From Fimicolochytrium jonesii (Eukaryota): a stretch of 64,000 nucleotides of DNA. This document shows positions 13,055 to 26,279 of the stretch, in pieces (the stretch's first letter is position 1; the number at the start of each line of letters is the position of its first letter). The position numbers and the translations under genes are program-made. The notes beneath the pieces are model-generated. The model saw only the letters and a list, made by a program, of their open reading frames with translations, was not told the origin of the DNA and made no database searches. The stretch spans positions 620,001 to 684,000 of the forward strand of contig NW_026515675.1 of NCBI RefSeq assembly GCF_025526975.1. The letters run 5' to 3'.

Positions 13055-13555
13055 CTATCTGGCTTTCTTCTTCAAATTCGAGAAAATCTCGTGCTTCTCC
13101 GACTTGAGTTCGTCCAGCCGCTTCTGGATAGCATCCACCGCTATAGTGCCTTGAAGCGCCATGGCCCGCATTTGCGGCAGGGTGAGGTTCCCAGGCTCGG
13201 TGACAATTTCCACAGGGACTTCAGCTGGAGAATCAATGTCCATTTTATCACCGTCGTTCACCGCTTGCTTTGCCGCATCCGATCGTTTACTAGGCGACGA
13301 GTCTCCTTCCCTTGCGTTCGGAGTGGCGCCGGTCTTGCTCACCCCTTCAGAGCCTGCCATTTTGCTCGTAGTCCCTGCAGCTTGCGCCCCAGTTTGAGCC
13401 TCGTCTCCGCCCTCTCGTCGCTGCAAGGCCCTCTTCTGCTCCGCCGTTCGACGTATGACGGCTTTGCGAACCGCCATGGAAATTGGTGGGATTGGTGGGT
13501 ACGTGTAAACGGTGGGCATTGCTGTTGGCGCACCCATTGGGAACTCTGGAACCAT
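13055..13555 (-). CDS. Small coiled-coil protein, possibly GPS2 N-terminal-domain-like
   Basis: Single-exon 166-aa ORF with protein-like composition. C-terminal helix IQKRLDELKSEKHEIFSNLKK resembles GPS2 LEEKLLALQEEKHQLFLQLKK. Confidence 0.6.
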   Translation of the reverse strand: MVPEFPMGAPTAMPTVYTYPPIPPISMAVRKAVIRRTAEQKRALQRREGGDEAQTGAQAAGTTSKMAGSEGVSKTGATPNAREGDSSPSKRSDAAKQAVNDGDKMDIDSPAEVPVEIVTEPGNLTLPQMRAMALQGTIAVDAIQKRLDELKSEKHEIFSNLKKKAR

Positions 13556-13733
13556 CTTTTTGTTACCCCTGGGTACCGATAGTTGGCTCTCAGAATCTCA
13601 GTAGTACGACGTATCAGAGGGGACTGGTCAAAACTGAACAATTCGGACGACCTTTTGAGTAAGAGTCCGACCGACACTTGGTATATTTTCGTAACCCCCC
13701 GCTCATCAGGGTGGTATAAAAGCAAGGAAATTC

Positions 13734-13800
13734 CAGTGAGCAGTGAGCAGTGAGCAGTGAGCAGTGAGCAGTGAGCACAGTGGACGTGAGCAGTGAGCAC
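13734..13800. repeat. Heptamer tandem repeat (CAGTGAG)n
   Basis: Six perfect copies at 13734-13775 plus degenerate copies to about 13800. TATAAAA at 13715-13721 immediately upstream. Confidence 0.9.
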
Positions 13801-14014
13801 TCAGTGCGCACATACGTTTGCGCAGTCGGGTCGCCGACCATCGCGACCGTCGCCAGGCAGCTGCTCAACTACCATCCCCCCTCTTTGAACCCCACGGTCT
13901 CTGCACACAGGCAACGGCCACTCCAAGGATTGTAGTACACAATGTGCGCAAGAGGCTGCTCTTCAGAACTGTCTCATTACTTTTTTATTATTACAACAAA
14001 AACAAAAGAAAATA

Positions 14015-14330
14015 CTAATCTAAGAAAACCTGCAGATCGTAGTCATCAAATCCCGCAAACTCCTCCTCGCTCTCCTCCCCCAGGGTCCCAGTACGGCTCC
14101 ATTCCTGTGCAGTGGTGTTGCAGTGGCTAATGATGACCTTCACGATCTCCTCAGTGATTTTGGGGCAGTTGCGGCATAGGCCCTTTGCTCCAAGTGCGGC
14201 CAGCCTGCCAAGGTGCATGCAGCATCCACATGGAAGAGCAACACACATTCCAGGGCCACATGGGAAGGCATACTTGGCTTGATCAACAAACAAACAAAGC
14301 AAGAGAGAGAGATAACCTATACTCCAGGCC
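14015..14330 (-). pseudogene. Possible decayed RING-finger-like gene remnant
   Basis: CFVC in one frame, then ALPCGCCMH...LCRNCPKITEEIVKVII in another, with an upstream in-frame stop. Several expected Zn ligands are missing. Confidence 0.3.
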
Positions 14331-14679
14331 TCGGCGTCAGGTCTTCACACGGTTTTCACGCAGGGCTGACCCCCTCCTTGCGATGCAACTTAGGGACTGC
14401 ATGAGACCGTGAAGATTTCCCTCAGCATGAAAGCATACTCGTTGCGTGCCAGGACTCCCAAGCATGGTGTACAAAGCCATGTCAGGAAACCTCACAGTGT
14501 TGGATGCCTCTTGCGCCGTTGGTTGTCGAGTTGACCATAACCTGTAAAGCAATGACCGCTGCAACCTCTCCCCCTGTCAACCTCGATGTCGGTGAGGACC
14601 AAAATGGCACTAGGAGGAGGTTCAGACATCAGCGGGTTGCATCCACTAGCAAATGGTCTCAGGGACATACCTCGGCAAC

Positions 14680-15160
14680 GAAAAAAGCGCTTTTTGGAAA
14701 GACAGGCGACAAGGAAAAGTCCCTCAGTTTTCGAGCGATTTGGAATCCGTGAATATGGAATGGTTCTCCGGAGCCCACTACGTCGATCTGTAGGGTCAGA
14801 TGTGAAATCGCATATGTATTGAATGCACAGAAGGTCATGTCTACCTGGGCAATGAAGAACCTTGTTTTGCAACGACGGGCAACAAGGAAAAGTCTCTCCG
14901 TTTTTGAGCGATTGGAAATCCGTGGATATGGAATGGTTCTTAAGCCCCCGCCGCGTAAACCTGTCGATTCAGATTTTAGATTGTGTCTGTATTGAATGCC
15001 CCAGAACCCGGCAAAGCATAGATCTACCAACGTTAAAAAAACGCATTTCGGCAACGTCTAACTAGGAAAAGTCCCTCAGTTTTTGTGCGATTTGAAATCC
15101 ATAAATATGGAATGGTTGCCCTAAGATCGCTGCATCGATCTGGTGATTCAGAATTTAGTT
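14680..15160. repeat. Degenerate tandem repeat of about 175 bp, about 2.7 copies
   Basis: Core AGGAAAAGTCYCTC..TTTT....GCGATT.G.AATCC.T..ATATGGAATGGTT recurs at about 14712, 14885 and 15064. Confidence 0.85.
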
Positions 15161-15860
15161 AGAGTGTGCAGGGGAAGTGCATTGGTCAAGTTTGAGGCCC
15201 TAAGCGCTGCGTACAATAAAATCAACGCTCCACCAATCAGTTTGAGGCTCCCCCACCTGAAACTTTCACAACAGACCAAGCATACCTATTGGAGTGAGCC
15301 ACAGCGGATAGACCTTCCAGAACATGGATGGAAAAAACTTCTACTGATTGGACGTGTGTTTGAAGGATTTCGCTTCCAGCACTTCTAATTGATAAAAGTC
15401 CACACTTTACTGATTGTCAAGTCAAATAAAGTAGCTCACGCAATTCCCCATACCCTGTTTAGTGATGTCCAATATTCTGAGGATTGCTGGTTATGGTTTG
15501 TTGTTTTGATGGCAGGGAACGGGCAAGAAAAAGGAGCTGTGTGGGAAAAGCGCCGGCGGAGTTCTTTCCTCTCGCGACGCGACTGCGCGAACGTATGTGC
15601 GCACTGAGAGTGAGCATGCCGCGCGTAGCCCAGAACCCTAACCCACAAATCGCCAAACTCGCGGCCACATTTTGAACACTCTTGAGAATTCGGGCGTCTC
15701 TCAAAGGCGAAGACAATAGGTGAGAGTTTCCCAGACATACTGTACATACAGTACGTGTTCGACCCCTATACTAAGAGAAGGTGTCTTTGATCTTGAATGT
15801 TAAGAGCCCTCGGCGGTTGTCCTCGTGCTCACCCTCAGGACCCAAAGGCGCAGCCCAGCA

Positions 15861-16728
15861 ATGGAACCCGCACCCATCCCCACAGACTCTCACGATTGCA
15901 GCAAGGCTCTCAGCTATATGAAGGCAGCTTTGGAGCAGGTTGGGAAGCGGTCCAACTTGTCTTGTCTTGGAGTCAGTGGATCTCCCCGCTGAGAGGTTGA
16001 AATTGCAGGCCCAAGAAGCGTACAATGCTGGGGAAGTTCCCGTCGGCTGCGTGTTTGTCCACAAGGGGGAAATCATTGGCAGGGGGAGGAATAGGACCAA
16101 TGAGACGCTTAATGTATGGCCGAGAGGCACATCTCAACGCCTTCAACTGTAGCCTCGCCACTCACAGAGACCTACGTCCAGGGAACAAGCCATGCAGAAT
16201 TTGTCGCAATCGATCGAATAATGCAAGCAGGGCACTCATGGGAGGTGTTCGCAACCACGGATCTCTACGTGACGGTCGAGCCATGCGTCATGTGCGCATC
16301 AGCGCTGCGGCATCTTAATATCCGCAAGGTGTACTTTGGATGTGGGAATGATAAGTTTGGCGGGTGTGGCAATGTGTTTGCTGTGCATCAGGAGTAGGTT
16401 CTTTTCGTTGCTGTCGTGTTGGCCGTTCGGGTGGGGGGCATTTGTTGAGCCACATCAGCATGTTCGGTGCTGATGATGTTGTCCCCAATGCAGCACAACA
16501 AGCGAGGGAAGACCGTATGAAGCAGAAGGTGGGTATTACAGGGAAGAAGCAATTATGATGCTTAGGAGGTTCTACCTCCGGCAGAACGACCATGGTATGA
16601 AAGCGAGGAAGTCCCCCTGCCGGATTTGAAGCTCTGATGCTACTGGGCAGTGGCTGATCTGGACCGGTCTTGCAGCTCCAGCGCCGAAACGCAAAGCACA
16701 TCGGGTATTGAAGACAGACATCTGTTGA
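15861..16728 (+). CDS. TAD2: tRNA-specific adenosine-34 deaminase catalytic subunit (ADAT2); multi-exon
   Basis: [55 protein letters not shown]-terminal [13 protein letters not shown]. Confidence 0.93.
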
Positions 16729-17316
16729 CCTGAAAGGTCTGGGCTCGACCGGCAACGCTCGACGCCGAGTTCCGTCCAAATGGATTTGTGAGCGATGGTT
16801 GGAATGTCATCTTCTTGCCGTGGACGTCGGTGTACCAACACTCAAGCTGGGAGGACTAGCTGAAGTCCAGTGCGGCACTTCAGCTGCGCTCCAGGCTCGT
16901 GAGCTTGTCAGGACATCTGCTGTAGAATCTACGTAGGGCTGTTGAACATCTGTACAGACATTTGTACAGATTTTCGTTCGCTGCGACCGGAGTATCCAAA
17001 TAGTGAGAAGCCAATGTATATCTGCCTCTCAGTAGGCATTAGTCCAAGGCACAGATCAGATGTTGGGCCTCCCGACACATCTGGCCTAGTCTCCTTGCAC
17101 TATACCATCGACAAGTTGCAAGCCGCAGAGTCATGTAACTCGCTCGTCAAGCTATGAGGTGCATGTGATGTCCCTCACAAGCCATGATCTAGGGTAGATA
17201 AACTTATCACGCACGTAAATAGAAATAGGATAGGCACAATGGCTCGCGAGTACCTCACTTATATGTATGTATGTATGTATGTGTGGGGTATGGACTCGTC
17301 GGTGATTTCCGTACAA

Positions 17317-19329
17317 TCATGCATAAATATCCAGCTCGTTCCACTCTTTCTCCGGCGTTGCTTCGCGCTTGCCTTCCGGATAGAGGTCGGTCCACAATGG
17401 GATGGCGTCGTAATCGATGGGTTTTCCCCACGCAAGCAGTTGGAAGCCATGCGAAACGTCTCCATGGCCAATTGCCTCCATGGCCTTCCGACACAGACTT
17501 TCCGGGGCCATTGACGATGGTATGCGGACCAGGCCCGAATCGACAACTTCGCGAACCAGAGCGATCGCGCGCTCTGTCAGCTTTTCTTCGAACCTCCAAA
17601 CGCTCCGCAACAGGCGATCGTATGTGACCAGAGTAACAGGGATTCCCGTGGACCGATGTTCTTCAAACATTTCCCGGGCTTTGACGTAGTCTCGAACCTC
17701 AGGGTGGCCGTACAGGACCAGCATCGAGTAACAAGCTTTAGCTTTTGCTACTGGAGAAGGGTTCGCTTTGAAGTATTCATTCCACAAACGTTCAGCCAAG
17801 GCGCGCTGCCCAACAATGCAGTTGACTTCGAGCTCGGCGTTCAGCAACCAATCGGTGAGGACGAAGTTAAACGGTTGCACCCTGTTCAAGTCGCGAAACT
17901 CCTCGCAGAGTTTGGCGACGGCTCTCCGACGATCAGCCTGCAGAACACCTTTGATGACCCATTTGTAGAGCTGGGGAGATGCCTGACCACGAGCTTGGAT
18001 CACAAGGTCCCGGAAGGTGTTTGGCCACTTCAGTATGAGGTCGCCCAGAACACCGAACGTCATAGTGTTGGGAGACAGCCTCTGATTTCTCTTCAATCGG
18101 AGGAACATGACCATCGCCCCTCGGTAATCGGACACATTGAGCATGGCCCGCATGACGAAGTTGTATGTGCTGATAAGAAGAGGAATATTACTCGCTTCCA
18201 GCTCTCGAAACAGATCAAGGACCCCTTGATAGTCGCGAGCTTTGTCATAACCTTTCATGAGGCCCGTGTAGCTATTGACCGACTTCGGTAACCCTTGACG
18301 GTTTCGCTGTTCCAATATTCCCTTCGCTTCGTTCAAATCACCACGTATTGCAAAGTGCTGAATCAGGATGTCGTAGGTCGCAGAGTTGGGCACCAGTAAG
18401 AACTCTTTGGCAAGCCTCAGCGTTTGGTGGAAGCTTTCGTCATCCCCGAGCTCGGAAAACTGCTGCAGGAGCATGTTATATATAGGGACGCCCCTCCCGT
18501 CGTGACGATACTTCAACAAATACAGGCCAAAGTCCTCCAATGCTTCCTTTGGAGACACTTTTGCGCGGGCCAAAAGCATGGCGGCCTTTTCATTCTCTAA
18601 CACCCATCCCTTCTCCGCAACGATATCGGAAATCTGCTGCACCCCTTCCACATCTCCTGCGTTCGCATGAGCCGTCACTAAAGTAGCGTAGGTGGCGGCA
18701 TTCGGGGAAAGACCGTGTTCCGTCATGGTCTTCACTATGTGATCCATGTTGTTGATGGTTTTTCGTGCTCGATTTTCGCTCACTTTGCCGAAATTCGGCC
18801 GCGCTCGCACGACTCGTAGCAGGTTATTGTAGTCCTCCATCGTCAGGGGCTCCAGCTGCCTCTGCGCCTCAAGGTGAAGGAAGCACCGCCAGGCGTGTAT
18901 CCCGTCATGAGAGTGCAGAGCCAGTCGCAGAGAATTTATGTCTCTCGGACGCAGATCTTCAACCTCCGTGACCCCTCGACGTGGAAAGATGGGCCCTCTG
19001 GATGCGCCTGCCGGGTTCCTTCTGTTTCCTTTCCGCCGTGTTCCGTCGGCACTACGTCCTTCGTAGGCATCCGCACTCGCACCCGCAGGCCTCCTCTTTG
19101 CCTTCCCCTTGGATTCCACGGTGTCAGCTGCTTCCCATAGCGCTTCGCTCAGCGGCAGTTTTGCTTCGGCGTCAGGCTGTCTAACGTCGGCAGCTGCAAC
19201 CGTACGACTGAAGTGGCGTTGGAGAGGGCAGAGCGACGCCCTGAGTGTTGGACAACCACCGGTGGGGTGGGCCTGGCCAGAATGCTTTAGCGACACCAGT
19301 CGGCTTCGGCGGGCAACTGTCGAGAACAT
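17317..19329 (-). CDS. Mitochondrial pentatricopeptide-repeat (PPR) protein
   Basis: 670-aa single ORF with a mitochondrial-type presequence and about 35-aa repeats (PNAATYATLVTAHANAGD, PNSATYDILIQHFAIRGD, SYTGLMKGYDKARD, TYNFVMRAM). Confidence 0.85.
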   Translation of the reverse strand: MFSTVARRSRLVSLKHSGQAHPTGGCPTLRASLCPLQRHFSRTVAAADVRQPDAEAKLPLSEALWEAADTVESKGKAKRRPAGASADAYEGRSADGTRRKGNRRNPAGASRGPIFPRRGVTEVEDLRPRDINSLRLALHSHDGIHAWRCFLHLEAQRQLEPLTMEDYNNLLRVVRARPNFGKVSENRARKTINNMDHIVKTMTEHGLSPNAATYATLVTAHANAGDVEGVQQISDIVAEKGWVLENEKAAMLLARAKVSPKEALEDFGLYLLKYRHDGRGVPIYNMLLQQFSELGDDESFHQTLRLAKEFLLVPNSATYDILIQHFAIRGDLNEAKGILEQRNRQGLPKSVNSYTGLMKGYDKARDYQGVLDLFRELEASNIPLLISTYNFVMRAMLNVSDYRGAMVMFLRLKRNQRLSPNTMTFGVLGDLILKWPNTFRDLVIQARGQASPQLYKWVIKGVLQADRRRAVAKLCEEFRDLNRVQPFNFVLTDWLLNAELEVNCIVGQRALAERLWNEYFKANPSPVAKAKACYSMLVLYGHPEVRDYVKAREMFEEHRSTGIPVTLVTYDRLLRSVWRFEEKLTERAIALVREVVDSGLVRIPSSMAPESLCRKAMEAIGHGDVSHGFQLLAWGKPIDYDAIPLWTDLYPEGKREATPEKEWNELDIYA

Positions 19330-19724
19330 TTCGCTTGGTCCACGTTCTCTCGTATCTACTAAAGGTCGACAGAAGATTCCGTTGAAACGCCTGTAAGCTC
19401 TCTATGCCTATGGTAGTCTTGCAAGCGCCTCTGCAAAAAGTGTCGGTGTTGGGCGACGGGAAGCAGGAGCGAAGCCAAAACGCTGTTCGGTATTGGAGGC
19501 GCGTGGTTGAAAATTCAAACGACCCATTTCCTCCACTTCTGCCAGCCAGGGCTCATGACCACCATAAAGAGTGTCCTAATTCCAAGCAAGAGCGCATGTT
19601 ATGTCAAGCCACACTGGTACGGCGTGCTTATTTACAGAATGGTACGAGTATCACGCCGTTCGCCTGATGTGCTCCGGTGTCCACCCGTTCACCGAGACCT
19701 CTTGGGCCTCCCTTTCCCCCATCC

Positions 19725-21017
19725 CTATTTCTTCTCAGCGGCAGCCTTGCCTTTCAAGGACTCCTTCTCCTTATCTCCAGCCTTCTCGTCCTTCTTCTCC
19801 TCGCCTTCCTTCTTTTCTCCTTCCTCCTTCTCGGCTGATGTCCCATTCTCACCCTCGTCTTCCTTCCGCTCCGCATCACGCAGCATAATCTTGTTCTCAA
19901 TGAGACCATGCATGGCGATGACCGCCCGAATGAGTGATGAGAGGTACATGACTAGAAGCTCATCGTTCGTTTGTACAGCGAACGACTTGACCGTGTCGGG
20001 TACTTGAAGATTCGGCAGCAAGTTGAAGATGTCTTGCAAGTTGTAGATAATCTGGTGGTTGATCGGTAGGGTGCCGGCAATCACCTTGGAAAGGTAGTCA
20101 CGAATGTCTTCGAGTCGTGACTGGAGGCCTTTCAAAGAGTTCAACTGATTCGTGATCTGCGTCGACAGCGTTCCAACAGATGTGTCTTTGATGTCACGGA
20201 GGAGATGCTCTACTCCGATTTCCTCTGCTTCTTCGGCTTCGATGACAGACAGCATGTGGTTGAACGTCTTGGTCGTCGCCGTGCCATCCTATATCGTCAA
20301 AGCATGCATTTTAGAAACTCCCCCAAGTATGTGCATGGCGATGAGAAAGAGAAGGCTCGCCTTACATCATGGATTTCTTCAACAGCATAGTACGCATCTG
20401 TTGGTATTCCCAACTCCTTTGGTTTGACGTCAATGATAACAAGAACCGGGTTCGGTATGTATCTTTTGAACAGCTCGTTGATCTCCAAATCGGACGCACG
20501 AAGCTTCGGTCCGCTGTGATACCATCCGACAATCTTTTCCTTCGCTAAAAACACACACGTTGATAAATTGCTCGTCACAGCTCAGAAATGGGACATATGT
20601 CCATTCCGTAAATGACCAAGTAATGAGATACCCACCATTGACTTTCTTGAACATGTCATACATTGCCTCATGGTAGTTATGGTCCAAGAACCAAATGGAC
20701 GGGTCTTTTTCGTCTTCCTCAAACGGCACTGAGAGTAAAGAGGAGGCGGATATCAGATCGCATCCTTCGAGCTAAAAGCTTTGTGCCGCCTCGCCATCTG
20801 AAAGGAGACAGTAACGCACGATTGCCTAATATCGGCTGCCCTACGAAGCCCTACCTGCATAACTGTTGGCAACGTTCACCTTGTCACCCACATGCTGCCC
20901 CAATAATACACCGACAACGCGTTTTTTCGTATTGCGGGCGGTCCGGTTGTAGTGGTCTACAACGGATAAAAGTACAAGTGGGTGGACCACGACGCTCTTT
21001 GTGGCTGCTGCCGGCAT
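19725..21017 (-). CDS. RPN8: 26S proteasome lid subunit Rpn8; multi-exon
   Basis: [17 protein letters not shown]...[72 protein letters not shown]. Confidence 0.97.
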
Positions 21018-21946
21018 CTCTGCTTCTTGTTTTCGGGATTCGGTGTTTGGGTTGAAGACTACAGCCGATGGGTGAGGTGAGGTGATCGAGACTTGGGAAG
21101 CCGGGATATGGGGAAATGCGAAATATGAGTCTCTGACAGACGTCTGCGGACTATATGTCTTTCCCTATTCTAGTGACAGGAGGTATGGTATGCGGTTGGC
21201 TGGCCAACGATGATCGGTGGTTGCTTGCCTGGGGAAACGAAATGCGAGACGACAGTCGATGCCAAAACCAACGCGTCTACTACTTACTACCTGTTACTGT
21301 AGTGATTAGACTCTGCCAGGACGAAAACGAGCGCATTAATTCGGCGCTTCTGATTGCAGCTATCTGAAAGAGAACAAGTTTTGGCTGATCAAATGGTGAG
21401 TCAGTTTCATCAGTCGGGCCAAGCCAGAAGGGCCTGATTCTTTGCCCGTGATTGTGCTCCGCCTCCCGGCGTCCAAACATTAGAGGCGCTAATCAAAACC
21501 GCGACCCGAAATCACCATTTCCGCTGAACATTCGGGCGTCCCCTGCCGCAAACAAGCGACGACTGGGCACGTCCGAACTCCCTCCCAGAAACGTTTTTCT
21601 TCCCCGTCCCTTTCCCACACCCACAACACAGTCCAATCCGTCCGTAACAGCCACTAGCTTATCGTCTCTTCGTCCACCGGCTGCTGAATCCTCTCTCTGC
21701 GCTCGTAACCCCGTGCTTGCGCTTGGCTTCCAGCCTCAACTCGACTAGGTAAGATGGTGTTTGCCAGCTTTAATCTCCGAGATTCTGGCCCGCGTCGCGA
21801 CCGATTCCCATCGCCCAGATTCCCATAACGACGTCTACTACTTCCCTACAAGCGTTTTCGCTATTGTATTTACTGAGCACTGTTCTCCAATCTTCACCGT
21901 ATCGCTTCCACACAGTGTCGTATAACCTCTATTCTTACAAAACGAA

Positions 21947-23851
<1,905 letters not shown>

Positions 23852-24473
23852 ACTTATGGTTGAGATGGCGGACTTCATTGGGCATCTGGGCACTCTTAAT
23901 GGGAGGGGCCGCCCCCAACAGCGGTTGCCCACACGGCGACTTACTTCTTTATTCCTTCGCGTGATGTATAGGACACAACGTTCCTACTTGAAAATGTAAT
24001 ATGGCCTCAAATGTTTGTTATACCTTAAAAAAATCCCCATAAAATCCAACGTTCCGTCTCCTAGTCCCAACTCTCGCTGAGCTGCTTCTTTCCATGCGCC
24101 TACCTGTGATGCGCACGATCACTGCTCCTCGCCGCTGTCTGGACGCTTTACTCACGTGGATGTATTTCCAGCGAACGCTATATCAACCGTTTGACTAAGG
24201 GGGAACGAACGCTCGACTATCAGACAAATGTCTCGCACAGCTTCGTGGAGTCGAGCGACGTAGTCGCCTGGTATTCGTATCTATGCGAATCTATTCTTAC
24301 GCAGAAAGACATATTCCAGAACCTGCAAAATGTCCCCACAAAATCCAGTTACAGTAGCTACATCCCTTTCTCTCCGCAAATTTTTCCTCTACCTAACCCG
24401 ACCACCTTTACGCACAACTTTCCCACCCCTCCCAGAACGCGCGGATATCTCTCTCACTCAAACCCCACTCAAC

Positions 24474-26279
24474 TCACAATCGGGGCGCCTTGCCGGTCAA
24501 GATCGTGAAGGCCTCGACGTACTTGCTGATCGTGTTGTCGACGACGGTCGCCGGCAACTCCACGCCGGTCGCTTTGTCAAAGTTGATGGAGGTGAGATAG
24601 TCGCGGAGGTATTGTTTGTCGTAGCTGGGGGTTGGAAGGGTTGGAATAATGAATGACGGTAGAGCGCGTTAAGGGTCGGTGGGTTTAGGAGTTATATGCA
24701 TTGGGTGGGAAAATGCATCACCGGGAGGAACGAACCTAGGTTGTCCTTGGCCGACAGTGTATTTGTCCGCAGGCCAGAAGCGTGATGAATCTGTAACAGA
24801 GTAGGGGAGTTGTCGTTGAGAAATGTACCTCACACTAATGCGGAAAAGACGAAGTCCGTTCACAAACGGAGAACACAAAAAGACGATGTCGAACCTGGGG
24901 TCAAGACCTCGTCCGCAAGGACCAGGGTTCCATCGGTGTCGACGCCAAACTCAAATTTGGTATCGGCGATAATGATGCCGCGCTCACGGGCGTAATTCCG
25001 TGCCTATTGGCTGACGATGTGAGTGATCCGCCATCAGATGGCTCCATTTGCGTGCGAAGAATGGCGGCGTCACCTTTGTGTAAAGTTTGATGGCTGTTTC
25101 CGCGAGCTCTTTTGCGAGCTTTTCGCCGATCATCCCGGGAACTGATCATTGTGGGTGACATGAGATGAAGAATTTGGCGGAGGCGCATCGGGGATCAAGC
25201 GAGCAGAAGCACTTACGCTTATCCGGGTGGATATTCTCATCTGTATAGGTCAATAGACGGGTGTTGGCAAGATACTTCCGAGCGCATTCTTGATTCCAAC
25301 TTTACTGCCTTACCGTGCTCTCCCAGCTCAGCCTTTGTGCTGGGCGTGAACACTGCTTCCGGGAACTCTTCCGATTCCCGCAAACCTTCGGGCAAAGGGA
25401 TATCGCACATCGTGCCTTTCTTCTTGTACTCAACCCAAGCCGACCCTGAGAGCGATGTTGTCGCTTAGGACCCCTCGCCGCCTGACTTTCCCCTAATGGT
25501 TCCGCGCGAGTTCGCTCACCGCTGATGTAACCCCTCACGATCGCCTCGACAGGTAGGATTTTGAGCTTCTTCACCAGCATCGCTCGTCCGTCGATCTGCG
25601 ATCTGTATTTCTGCACCGCAGCAGGCATCTTGTCCACGTCGCAAGTGACGAGATGGTGGGGAACAACGTCCTTCAGGTAGTCGAACCAGAACTCGCTGAT
25701 CTGGGTGAGGATTTTCCCTTTGCAGGTGATACCCTATATCGAATGCCGAATAAGCATGACATTCCTTTCCCCTTCCCTCCGATTCGAACCTCAGTATCTC
25801 CCCAAGGAGCGGGGTACCGCCGACACATGCTTTCCCCTTCCCTCCGATTTGAACCTCAGTATCTCCCCAAGGAGCGGGGTACCGCCGACACATGCTTTCC
25901 CCTTCCCTCCGATTTGAACCTCAGCATCTCCCCAAGGAGCGGGGTACCGCCGACACATGCTTTCCCTTTCCCTCCGATTTGAACCTCAGTATCTCCCCAA
26001 GGAGCGGGGTACCGCCGACACATTTCGCTTTCTACATGTCTACCACCCATCCTTACATTCTTCATGACAACATCGAACGCACTAATGCGATCGGTCGCAA
26101 CGAACAGAAGCGTGTTCTCGTCGACATCGTACAGGTCCCGAACCTTGCCTCGAGCAAGGAGCTTCAGGTCTGGACAGTCCTGCATGCAATGTGGGTGAGT
26201 GTGGAGACGATAGGGAAAACGGAGCGGACAGAAATGCGACCTTCTTCTAAACAAGACTTACGGTGGTCGTAATAGCCAT
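24474..26279 (-). CDS. ADE1: SAICAR synthase; multi-exon
   Basis: [83 protein letters not shown]. Confidence 0.97.
25766..26023. repeat. 65-bp minisatellite, 4 near-identical copies, inside an ADE1 intron
   Basis: GGAGCGGGGTACCGCC recurs at 25806, 25871, 25936 and 26001. The intron spans about 25734-26055. Confidence 0.95.

Noticed and set aside
17656..18291. Long antisense ORFs over PPR, tubulin, BROMI and other genes
   Set aside because: Shadow ORFs expected from GC-rich codon usage on the opposite strand.
25766..26023. tRNA genes or CRISPR in the 65-bp repeat
   Set aside because: Head-to-tail units have no spacers, and the B-box-like motif lacks a paired T-stem and cloverleaf.
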